Shown here piece by piece: positions 27,729 to 35,123 of a stretch of 64,000 nucleotides of DNA (positions are counted from its first letter, which is position 1; every line of letters starts with the position of its first letter). Source of the DNA: Syntrophus sp. (in: bacteria) (GTDB lineage: Bacteria > Desulfobacterota > Syntrophorhabdia > Syntrophorhabdales > Syntrophorhabdaceae); contig PNOF01000006.1 of NCBI GenBank assembly GCA_013824645.1, forward strand, positions 6,029-70,028, given 5' to 3'. The position numbers and the translations under genes were made by a program. The notes beneath the pieces are model-generated. The model was not told the DNA's origin. It searched no databases and was given only the letters and a program-made list of their open reading frames with translations.

Positions 27729-27992
27729 ATGGGTGAATCAATATCTCAAGACGATCTCAATGCGCTCTTCGGTGAACTGTCATTAGAGACAAAAGAGACA
27801 CCTGCGCAAAAGATCGACAACACGGATGAATCAATATCTCAAGACGATCTCAATGCGCTCTTCGGTGAACTGTCATTAGGAACCAAGGAGATGCCTGTGC
27901 AAGAGACAAAAAGTGTCGAGAGTGCCGGTGGGAGTGAAAATCTCTCGCAGGACCAGATCGACGCACTCCTTGAAGAACTCCTCAACGGCTGA
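27729..27992 (+). CDS. small acidic protein with three SQD(D/Q)(L/I)(N/D)AL(F/L) peptide motifs
   Basis: 87 aa: MGESISQDDLNALFGELSL...DESISQDDLNALFGELSL...NLSQDQIDALLEELLNG. Coding is supported by the in-frame 93-nt repeat period and an ATG preceded by AAGGA. Confidence 0.6.
   Translation: MGESISQDDLNALFGELSLETKETPAQKIDNTDESISQDDLNALFGELSLGTKEMPVQETKSVESAGGSENLSQDQIDALLEELLNG
27734..27879 (+). repeat. two perfect 53-nt direct repeats, 93-nt period, inside the small ORF
   Basis: 27734-27786 and 27827-27879 are identical (TGAATCAATATCTCAAGACGATCTCAATGCGCTCTTCGGTGAACTGTCATTAG). Confidence 0.95.
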
Positions 27993-28094
27993 CGGTGCTG
28001 ATATCGCTTCGCTGTCCTTCATATAATTCTTATTTCAACGGAAATGACGCGAGGTGTTCGAGAACGTAATAAAGCTTTCAGATGCTCAGCGTCT

Positions 28095-29207
28095 TTAATC
28101 TGCGCCTTTTGTCTTCCCTGTCAGTTCATCCATTAATGCTTTGACATTGGTCAGTTGCCTGATCCGGTAACCGTTGGTTCCGACTGTATAAAGGGGGGCC
28201 TCTGTTTCAGGATTATATCCGCAAGAACTAAGAAGACCGTTGCAGATGCAGAAACTGCCGCCATCATCAATTTTTGCTTTGCATTGCGTGAAGTTTCCTT
28301 CCCTGTCTTTTGTCAGGACATATCCTTTATCACAGTGGGGTTTTCTCTTCCTTGCGAGAATACTCTGATACATGGGCGATTCTTTTATGACCATAAAGGG
28401 GAGGCCACAGGGTGAACCCGGGTTCTGTGTAGCAAAAATATCATCCTTGCCGGCACCGATGACCGCCTGTTTGTAGGCATCGGTGGCACTGCATTCTTCG
28501 GTAACAAGAAAACGGGTGCCCATCTGTACCGCGTCGGCCCCCATCCGAAGAAATGTAACGATATCCTCGTGCGAATATATTCCCCCGGCAACAATAACGG
28601 GAAAATCACCATACTGCACAGCCATTTCCTTTACAGGGGGAAGCAGGTTCTCAAGTTTATTGGATTCGAGAGAGATGTCTTCCAGTTTAAATCCCAGGTG
28701 ACCACCGGCAAGGGGTCCCTCAAGGACAACGGCATCAGGCCTGTAGTGTGCCCGTTCCCACTTTTTACATATAAGCTCCAACGCCCGCGCTGAAGAAACA
28801 ATGGGAATAAGGGCAGTATCACCGGGGTCCTTGATAAGCGGCAGGCTAAGCGGCAGTCCAGCGCCGGATATAATCACGTCAGCCCCTGCATCAATAGCGG
28901 CCCTTACCGAATCTTCGTATGTCTTTATCAGGGCAACCATGATATTGATGCCTGATATGCCGCCTTTTGCCTTCGCAAGCAAAATCTCTTCGTAAACCGC
29001 TTCATAGATAGTAAGTTTTTTATTGTTTCGTTTCGAGACAACCCTGTCAAGGGCTGCGCTCGATACAATACCGACACCACCTTGTTCTGCAACAGCACTG
29101 GCAAGTGGAGACAAGGAAACCCCGACACCCATACCACCCTGAATAATGGGCACCTCTATCTTTTTTCCTTTAATAACCAGGGGGGGTAATGCCTGTTCGG
29201 TGTTCAT
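28095..29207 (-). CDS. nitronate monooxygenase / NAD(P)H-dependent flavin oxidoreductase (NMO/FabK-like)
   Basis: IIQGGMGVGVS, GGVGIVSS and GAGLPL...AGGHLG blocks. Start set at the internal ATG (29207, MNTEQ...), because the longer track ORF would overlap the upstream helicase gene by 140 nt. Confidence 0.8.
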   Translation of the reverse strand: MNTEQALPPLVIKGKKIEVPIIQGGMGVGVSLSPLASAVAEQGGVGIVSSAALDRVVSKRNNKKLTIYEAVYEEILLAKAKGGISGINIMVALIKTYEDSVRAAIDAGADVIISGAGLPLSLPLIKDPGDTALIPIVSSARALELICKKWERAHYRPDAVVLEGPLAGGHLGFKLEDISLESNKLENLLPPVKEMAVQYGDFPVIVAGGIYSHEDIVTFLRMGADAVQMGTRFLVTEECSATDAYKQAVIGAGKDDIFATQNPGSPCGLPFMVIKESPMYQSILARKRKPHCDKGYVLTKDREGNFTQCKAKIDDGGSFCICNGLLSSCGYNPETEAPLYTVGTNGYRIRQLTNVKALMDELTGKTKGAD

Positions 29208-29208
29208 T

Positions 29209-30630
29209 CTAATACCTCTTTTTACCCGTAAAGGTCCTGCTGGTTTTTTGCTTGTGCTTTCTGCGGTCATGGAAACGATCTTCTTTTTGCCGATAATCTT
29301 CCTGAAACTCTTTGAGCTGAGGATATTCCTGACCGCCCCCCTCATCATCCATAGCCATTTTCAGCAGGGCTGCTGCGATATCGAGAGTAGCGTAATCTTC
29401 CTTCAAAAGGGATTCAACAATCTGTACATACCGTTCCGTATTGCCTTTATCAATAATAGCTCTCACCTTGTCGAGAAGGGTTGTCGTCTTTACTTCCTCT
29501 ACATCGATAAGCGTCGGTATGGATCTTCGGGGAATCTTTATTGAAGCATAGGCTTCTATATCCCTCAACTTATAGAGCTCTCTCCCTACAACAAAGGTAA
29601 AGGCAAGTCCATTTTTGCCGGCACGGGCAGTTCGTCCGATACGGTGGACGTAATACTCCTCGTCCTGGGGAATATCGTAGTTAAAGACAGCCTCAATATT
29701 TTCCACATCAATCCCTCGTGCAGCTACATCGGTCGCCACAAGTATTTCCGAGGCATTCCTCTTGAATTTGTCCATGGCATGGTTTCTCTGCTGCTGTGTC
29801 ATATCTCCGTGAAGCCCTAAAGCGGGGTAGCCGCGCGCCTCGAGATGCATGACAACCTCATCAACTCTCCTTTTCATATTGCAGAAAATAAGCGAAGATT
29901 TGAGCCCGTAAAGATCAATAAGCCTACAGAGGACATCAAGCTTTATGCCCTCTTTCACCTCAAGGTAATACTGCTCAACATTAGGCACAGTTAATTGCTT
30001 GTGGACAACCTTTATCAGTTCAGGGTTTCTCTGATATCTCCGGGTAAGGTCAAGAATAGGTCTCGGCATGGTAGCCGAGAAAAGGAGCGTCTGTCTCTCT
30101 TTGGGGGTTTTCTGAAGGATTATTTCCACATCATCGATGAAACCCATGTTGAGCATTTCATCGGCTTCATCGAGGACAACGGTCTTGACGCTGTCAAGCT
30201 TCAAGGTACCTCTGTTTATATGGTCGATAGTACGGCCCGGTGTGCCTATCATGATGTGGGCGCCGCTTTTGAGGACCCGTATCTGCCTGTCTATGGGCTG
30301 CCCTCCGTATACTGCTAATATAACGACATCTTTCTTAAATTTAAGAACCCTCTTCATCTCCTCTGCAACCTGAATTGCCAATTCCCGTGTGGGACACAAA
30401 ACGATAGCCTGCAACTTTTTTATTTTAGGTTGGATCGATTCCAGAATGGGAAGTCCAAAAGCAAGCGTCTTTCCTGTGCCTGTCTGTGCCTGTCCTATAA
30501 TGTCTTTTCCCTCGAGGATGGGTGGGATCGCCTGCGCCTGGATAGGAGTCATTTCTTCAAACCCTATGTCCTGAATCGCCCTGAGCAGGTCTTTTGATAT
30601 TGCAAGATCTTCAAACTTCTCTGTTGCCAT
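29209..30630 (-). CDS. deaD: DEAD-box ATP-dependent RNA helicase (DeaD/CsdA-like)
   Basis: 473 aa. Q motif F..L......L.A......MTPIQ, motif I AQTGTGKT, PTRELA, DEAD (VLDEADEM), SAT, HGDM.Q..R, and a C-terminal DeaD-type extension. Confidence 0.9.
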   Translation of the reverse strand: MATEKFEDLAISKDLLRAIQDIGFEEMTPIQAQAIPPILEGKDIIGQAQTGTGKTLAFGLPILESIQPKIKKLQAIVLCPTRELAIQVAEEMKRVLKFKKDVVILAVYGGQPIDRQIRVLKSGAHIMIGTPGRTIDHINRGTLKLDSVKTVVLDEADEMLNMGFIDDVEIILQKTPKERQTLLFSATMPRPILDLTRRYQRNPELIKVVHKQLTVPNVEQYYLEVKEGIKLDVLCRLIDLYGLKSSLIFCNMKRRVDEVVMHLEARGYPALGLHGDMTQQQRNHAMDKFKRNASEILVATDVAARGIDVENIEAVFNYDIPQDEEYYVHRIGRTARAGKNGLAFTFVVGRELYKLRDIEAYASIKIPRRSIPTLIDVEEVKTTTLLDKVRAIIDKGNTERYVQIVESLLKEDYATLDIAAALLKMAMDDEGGGQEYPQLKEFQEDYRQKEDRFHDRRKHKQKTSRTFTGKKRY

Positions 30631-31084
30631 AATTATTCCTTTGTCTATTTAGTTGTAGCCGTGAATCAGTTTATACGCAATAATAAAATGTAATGGATTG
30701 GTAAAGCTGATAAATTGACAACACGACTTGCTACTATAACATATAGTTACCCAATATTGCAAAGATAACATTAGGTTTTGTCCTTTTCTCTCAAAAAAGT
30801 AATGCATAACAATGGAAAATAAGAAGCACTGGTCATACCTTTGACCTTTCCGGAAAGTGTGGAATTTTATTTTCTGCGTTGCAAGAGGAATTGACGACAT
30901 TTTTGTCGACACGGGACATGTCATTCGACATTTTTACCCGGAAATCATACTGTTTGAAGGGACAATTTACAAATATGATGAACTATTACAATGAGTTACA
31001 TATATCTTGATCAATGGCACGAGTATTGCTTTTCTTATTTCTATGAACAGATTGAATACGAAAAACAATGTCGGGAGGTTGAAG

Positions 31085-31519
31085 ATGAAAAAGATATTAG
31101 TAATAGTGATGGTTTTGATGATCGGAATTATGTTCGTCAACCCTACGCTGGGCTACAGCAATGCCTGGGATCGTGGCCGCGGCGATGCGAGACGAGGGGT
31201 AGTCAATAATTACAATCACTATGACCGGCAGCCTGCCCGATATGATAGATCACGCAATAATAACGACGGGTTGCTTATCGCAGGAATAGCTCTTGGCGGT
31301 ATTGCCCTCGGCGCAATCCTCGGCAGCGCCATGTCACAGCCGAGAACGGTAAACACCCAACAGGCCGTTTACAATGACCCCGTCTATTCACAACCAGTAG
31401 CATACGGAGCAACCTATAATGAAGATACTCCTCCAGGACAGTGGGTTATGGCCCCAGGTCAATGGGTAAACGGTCAATGGGTAGCGGCCCACAAAGTATG
31501 GGTACCAGTCAACCCGTAA
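31085..31519 (+). CDS. small exported/membrane protein with glycine-zipper segment
   Basis: Start chosen at MKKILVIV... with GGGAGG upstream. Contains a signal peptide, GIALGGIALGAILGSA and a C-terminal GQWV repeat. Confidence 0.55.
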   Translation: MKKILVIVMVLMIGIMFVNPTLGYSNAWDRGRGDARRGVVNNYNHYDRQPARYDRSRNNNDGLLIAGIALGGIALGAILGSAMSQPRTVNTQQAVYNDPVYSQPVAYGATYNEDTPPGQWVMAPGQWVNGQWVAAHKVWVPVNP

Positions 31520-31544
31520 GAACAAACAAGATATCTGTAAACCA

Positions 31545-31578
31545 CAGCCCCGATAAACACCATCGGGGCTTTTTTATT
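31545..31578 (+). terminator. rho-independent terminator
   Basis: CAGCCCCGAT (31545-31554) pairs with ATCGGGGCT (31562-31570) and is followed by TTTTTATT. Confidence 0.7.
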
Positions 31579-31752
31579 GATAGTTAATTGAAAGATACTT
31601 CTTCGATAATAAGACCACCATTTTTTCTAATACTGGGTATTTTGTGTCCAGCCAACGGCTTGGAGAAAAGCGTCTCTGCGCGCCCTTTCGTGGAATGATG
31701 CTATGTTTGAAACGGTAATCGTTGCAATAGACAGAATTAGGGAGAAATCCTC

Positions 31753-32070
31753 CTATCCAACAGCGTCCAGGCCTTTTTTCTGCACAAGTGATAGCAATTT
31801 AAGGGAAGGTCCCCGTGGGTGTTTTTCGCCTCTTTCCCATTGGCTTATCAGACTGACAGTCACATTAAGATAACTTGCAAAAACTGCCTGACTAACACCG
31901 GCTTTTTTTCTCAATTGGACTATTTCTTCAGGGGAAAGTTCTTCTACGGGTGTTAGGCATGACGCGTCAAAGTCGCGCATCGTCTTTGCATCTACCAATC
32001 CGATTCTATGGAGCCCTACCGCCGTTTCGTGTACTGCTGCCAGTGCATCAGTTCGATATTTCTTTTTCAT
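31753..32070 (-). CDS. HTH (Xre-type) antitoxin partnered with a RelE/HigB-superfamily toxin
   Basis: 105 aa. LSPEEIVQLRKKAGVSQAVFASYLNVTVSLISQWERGEKHPRGPSLKLL is the typical antitoxin HTH of this TA family. ATGA overlap with the toxin reading frame. Confidence 0.8.
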   Translation of the reverse strand: MKKKYRTDALAAVHETAVGLHRIGLVDAKTMRDFDASCLTPVEELSPEEIVQLRKKAGVSQAVFASYLNVTVSLISQWERGEKHPRGPSLKLLSLVQKKGLDAVG

Positions 32071-32436
32071 GGGTGTACCTCCTCCACTTCCCCGGATTGC
32101 TGTGCTTTGGTCAAATCCTCATTGCTGAAACCTAAATAAATATGTGCCAATCTACGATAGACGTCCAGTTCTATTGGGCTCAGGTTAGACTTTGCATTTT
32201 TAGGAAATCCATATAAAAACACCGATAGAGATCCAACACGATATGCAATAATTGTCCTGTAGCCACCTCGTTTGCCCTGGCCAATACGGGCAACACGCTT
32301 CTTAATGAGCTCTTTCCCTAACGCTCCATCGGCCCAATCCTTGCTCGATTTCACGTATTGCATTCATTAGCATCTCGTCATTAATATGCTCTTTCCGGGC
32401 AAAGCGTGCAAACCAATTGGTTTTGAATATCCGCAC
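32067..32436 (-). pseudogene. RelE/ParE-superfamily toxin gene interrupted by a 1-nt frameshift
   Basis: The N-terminal part VRIFKTNWFARFARKEHINDEMLMNAIREIEQGL (GTG 32436, GGAGG upstream) is in one frame. The remainder ADGALGKELIKKRVARIGQGKRGGYRTIIAY...FLYGFPKN... is in another. The switch lies at the CCC run at 32333-32335. Confidence 0.75.
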
Positions 32437-32776
32437 CTGACCTCCAGAATCAATATTGTTATATTATAGCACTCGGTGCTATAAAACAAAAGTTTTATTG
32501 TTGTCACAAACCTTCCTGAAAGCGAGTTTTGCAGTAAGGTTTTCTTTGTGAAGATTACCAACGGTAATCGTGGACAAAATATCCATAAAAAACCAACCAT
32601 CACTTTTGATGATATTACCGACTAAAAACCATATTCAAGGAAAAGGATGTTTTTATTATCCTATAATTTCAATAAATTTCACTATTGCTTTATTTATAAT
32701 GCAACGATATCATATTGAAAAGTAGAAATTTACCAACTTGGTATATTAAATGTTAGAACCGAAGGAGAAGAGGTAT

Positions 32777-33121
32777 ATGCAAGAAAACTCTGAGCAGATG
32801 CTTAATAAAATAGTTTCGAAATTCGATACAGATGAAGAGCTCGTGGTCAGTTCGGCGTATGGTGATGGCGGCACTACTCTTCTCTTCCCAAGGCTCATAC
32901 GGGCTGCAATGAGCCAGTGGGAGGACGGTGGCGCAACGGTATCACGCTATGCAATATGGGCCAATACGGTCAGAGACCATATTTCTGCTGCTATACATCT
33001 AATAGAAAACTGTGAAACAAATGATGGGTGCCGCTTATTGATAGCTGCTCATAATAGCTTGAGTGCATTTTCTGAGATTCAGAAGCGGCTTGACCCATCA
33101 AACAAAGTAATAGAGGTATAA
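32777..33121 (+). CDS. hypothetical protein (first gene of a two-gene cassette)
   Basis: 114 aa from MQENSEQ... with AAGGAG upstream. The track ORF starts 27 nt earlier, at an ATG that overlaps the GTTAGAA core site. No family recognised. Confidence 0.55.
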   Translation: MQENSEQMLNKIVSKFDTDEELVVSSAYGDGGTTLLFPRLIRAAMSQWEDGGATVSRYAIWANTVRDHISAAIHLIENCETNDGCRLLIAAHNSLSAFSEIQKRLDPSNKVIEV

Positions 33122-33122
33122 C

Positions 33123-33515
33123 TTGGACAGGCTTGTTAATATGGGATTTAAGCATGTCGGTGTCTGGAAGTTGAGCGGTGAGAAAATCCTTTATAATCTA
33201 GAATTATGCTCCAACCTAAAGAACGTATTGTATGCTTTCATATGTGATAAGTCAGTTTTGTACATAGGCAAAACCACACAGCAATTGAAGAAAAGAATGT
33301 ACGGCTATCAAAATCCAGGTCCAACACAATCGACAAACATAAAAGGCAATGGTCTTATTAGAAAGCTAGTCACTTCAGGCAAAGAAGTCGAGATACTTGC
33401 ACTACCAGACAATGGCTTGCTCTATTACGGTGGTTTTCACGTAAACCTTGCAGCGGGGCTTGAAGATAGTATCGTCTCTACAATTAAGCCTCCTTGGAAC
33501 AAGATGGGAATTTAA
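33123..33515 (+). CDS. minimal GIY-YIG nuclease-domain protein
   Basis: 130 aa (TTG start with GAGG upstream; alternative ATG at 33141). VLYAF...VLYIGKT...LKKRMYGY...GLEDSIV...PPWNK reproduces the GIY / YIG / R / E / N pattern. Confidence 0.75.
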   Translation: MDRLVNMGFKHVGVWKLSGEKILYNLELCSNLKNVLYAFICDKSVLYIGKTTQQLKKRMYGYQNPGPTQSTNIKGNGLIRKLVTSGKEVEILALPDNGLLYYGGFHVNLAAGLEDSIVSTIKPPWNKMGI

Positions 33516-33579
33516 GTTCTAATGCTCGGCTTGCAGCGAATCCGCGCGATGCGCGTCTCGCTGAAGCCGAGCATTATAC
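33516..33579 (+). repeat. attC-like site A
   Basis: Starts 1 nt after the GIY-YIG stop codon. 33520-33532 pairs with 33564-33576 and 33534-33539 with 33558-33563, giving a 19-bp stem with a single bulged G at 33533. Outer boxes are GTTCTAAT ... ATTATAC. Confidence 0.6.
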
Positions 33580-33590
33580 CAGGAGGACAA

Positions 33591-34187
33591 ATGAAGACGG
33601 TAGCGGTATTCGTTGTACTGGCACTTCTAAGTGTGTGTCCCACTTTTGCTGCAAGTAAAGGTGAAATAGCTCCGAAAAGCACTTACAAACAAATAGGAGC
33701 CACATTGCTTTCACCAAGTGAAGCGGGTTGGTATTTAGCACAATCAACTGCCTATGGGATAGCCTTTGGCAGGCAGTACGGCAGCAAAAATGAAACCGCT
33801 ATTGCCAATACAGTCATTTTCAAAGTCGATGGTTTTGAAGAAGACAAAGCGTTTCTTGATTACATTGTGAGCGAACGAGAAAAACAAGATGACAAAACAA
33901 GATTCAAGATATTGGACACAAAGAACGAACATGTGAGCTTCAAGGGCTCATCCTGTCTGAAGTATCGGGCGCTTTCAGAAGACCATAAGAGCCAAGGAAT
34001 CAATTCAGCGGATTTTCAGTACTTGAAGACGTTTGGTTACATTTGCCGCCATCCTTCAAACCGAGTCATTGCGTTTCAGATGGAAATCTCACACAGAGGC
34101 AAAGATAAAGCGTTTCCAGAAGCGTTGCTTTCGGCGGGCGAGGAGTTCTTCAATAATATTCAGTTCAATGATCAGGGACTGAAATAG
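33591..34187 (+). CDS. secreted hypothetical protein
   Basis: 198 aa from MKTVAVFVVLALLSVCPTFAAS (signal peptide) with AGGAGG upstream. No family recognised. Confidence 0.6.
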   Translation: MKTVAVFVVLALLSVCPTFAASKGEIAPKSTYKQIGATLLSPSEAGWYLAQSTAYGIAFGRQYGSKNETAIANTVIFKVDGFEEDKAFLDYIVSEREKQDDKTRFKILDTKNEHVSFKGSSCLKYRALSEDHKSQGINSADFQYLKTFGYICRHPSNRVIAFQMEISHRGKDKAFPEALLSAGEEFFNNIQFNDQGLK

Positions 34188-34192
34188 TATAA

Positions 34193-34254
34193 GGTATAAC
34201 CAATGCGTGCAGCAAATCGGCGTGAAACGCCTCTTGCTGACGCCAGCGTTATGC
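34193..34254 (+). repeat. attC-like site B
   Basis: GGTATAAC / GTTATGC outer helix, 4x4 unpaired spacer, then a 10-bp helix GCGT[G]CAGCAA / TTGCTGACGC with bulged G 34209, and an apical GGCG-TGAAA-CGCC hairpin. This is the canonical R-box / spacer / L-box / variable-loop layout. Confidence 0.65.
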
Positions 34255-34294
34255 GATGAACATAAGAGCTGTATGTAGCCATACTTGGTGCCAT

Positions 34295-34332
34295 ACATTA
34301 GTATTGCTACTAATGTATAAGTTTGGTATAGT
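34295..34332 (+). promoter_or_regulatory. putative brnTA promoter with overlapping 9-bp palindromic operator
   Basis: TTGCTA (34304-34309), 17-nt spacer, TATAGT (34327-34332). The perfect palindrome ACATTAGTA-TTGC-TACTAATGT (34295-34316) covers the -35. The first ATG (34339) lies 6 nt after the -10. Confidence 0.5.
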
Positions 34333-34338
34333 GTGTTA

Positions 34339-34626
34339 ATGAGAAAAGCAACCTTCGAATGGGATGAGGAAAAGGACAAGGAAAACCAGACCAAACATGG
34401 TATTTCTTTTCTGACTGCACAACGGGCTTTTCTTGATCCCCACCGTATTATCGCTGAAGACATTACCCATAGTAGCGAAGAAGGCCGGTATTACTGCATG
34501 GGACGTGTAGGTGAAGGTATTTTGACTGTCAGGTTTACATACCGTGGTAACATTATTCGAATTTATGGCGCAGGTTACTGGAGAAAAGGAAGGAAAATTT
34601 ATGAAGACCAAAACAAAATACACTGA
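34339..34626 (+). CDS. brnT: BrnT-family (DUF497) toxin
   Basis: FEWDEEKD.EN..KHGISF..A..AF.DP........HS..E.RY..(I)G......L.V.FT.RG..IRI..A is the BrnT pattern. Start taken at the ATG rather than the track GTG at 34333. Confidence 0.85.
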   Translation: MRKATFEWDEEKDKENQTKHGISFLTAQRAFLDPHRIIAEDITHSSEEGRYYCMGRVGEGILTVRFTYRGNIIRIYGAGYWRKGRKIYEDQNKIH

Positions 34627-34840
34627 AGAACCCATGGGCGATCTGAAGGTCGTCAAAGACTTTCTCCCCCCACCAGATCAGTTGGTGCTGAGGGAAGACA
34701 ATATTAAGGTAACCATATCCTTGAAGAAATCGAGTATCACCTTTTTCAAAGAACAAGCAAAGAAGCAGAAGACTTCTTACCAGAAGATGATAAGAGAGGT
34801 AGTGGACTGGTATGCTTCGCATTATCAAAAGAACGCATAA
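34601..34840 (+). CDS. brnA: BrnA-family antitoxin
   Basis: 79 aa from MKTKTKY. DFLPPPDQLVLRE..IKVTISL.KSSI.FFK..AKK...SYQKMIREVV..Y matches BrnA. Overlaps the brnT end by 26 nt. Confidence 0.75.
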   Translation: MKTKTKYTEEPMGDLKVVKDFLPPPDQLVLREDNIKVTISLKKSSITFFKEQAKKQKTSYQKMIREVVDWYASHYQKNA

Positions 34841-34888
34841 CCCGACGGTGCAGCCAATAGCCCGCTACGCGGGCTCTTTTTGTTATTT
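34834..34888 (+). repeat. degenerate attC-like site C (last in array)
   Basis: CGCATAAC overlaps the brnA stop codon. It shares TAAC-(7 nt)-TGCAGC.AAT with A and B and ends GTTATTT, but the right-hand L arm is missing. Only a 7-bp hairpin AGCCCGC-TAC-GCGGGCT followed by a T-run remains. Confidence 0.4.
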
Positions 34889-35123
34889 GCTTTTACCAAT
34901 CCATTGCTTGATAGAGGAGACCTGTTGCCGAAAGGAATATCGGAGGATTTATCATACCCATCTTAGCGAAGGTGATCGTGTCCGAAGGACCGGTGCGCAG
35001 GCTTGAACATCAGCGCATATGCTCCCTTGCGCATCGAGGGAGTTAAGCTATTAGATGGGTCAGAAATCCGTAGTAATGAGTGGAGGGAATGGGTCTCCTC
35101 TATCAAAACAACCATGATTCAAT

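Larger units (their letters stand above)
31721..34888 (+). mobile_element. integron-type gene-cassette array without integrase in the window (CALIN-like)
   Basis: Three to four units of 634-1031 bp, each ending in an attC-like imperfect palindrome. The 7 nt after each (G/A)|TT junction are the exact reverse complement of the left box of the next palindrome (see findings). Confidence 0.55.

Noticed and set aside
27734-27879. Direct repeats considered as a possible CRISPR-like or VNTR array.
   Set aside because: There are only two copies and the period (93 nt) is in frame. The repeats lie inside a plausible ORF and encode a repeated peptide motif, so this is a coding duplication and not a CRISPR array.
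29208-29348. N-terminal extensions of track ORFs that overlap upstream genes: the NMO-like ORF to 29348, rsmD to 26594, hydS to 41539, and hydB to 45424.
   Set aside because: In each case an internal ATG lies at, or a few to about 30 nt inside, the upstream stop, and those of hydS and hydB carry a clear Shine-Dalgarno sequence. The conserved domains begin after these ATGs, so the shorter models were used.
31650-31727. Possible additional attC (AGCCAAC ... GTTGCAA) marking the left end of the cassette array.
   Set aside because: Only a 4-bp CAAC/GTTG outer pairing and weak internal stems are present, with no convincing L-box helix. The left boundary of the array is left open.
33114-33121. An extra copy of GGTATAAC (identical to the left box of attC-like site B) exactly at the junction of the 114-aa ORF and the GIY-YIG gene. 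This might hint that the nuclease gene was inserted into an older attC.
   Set aside because: There is no associated palindrome or right-hand box at a sensible distance, and a single 8-mer recurrence can be chance. The GTTCTAA/TTAGAAC complementarity supports one cassette containing both genes.
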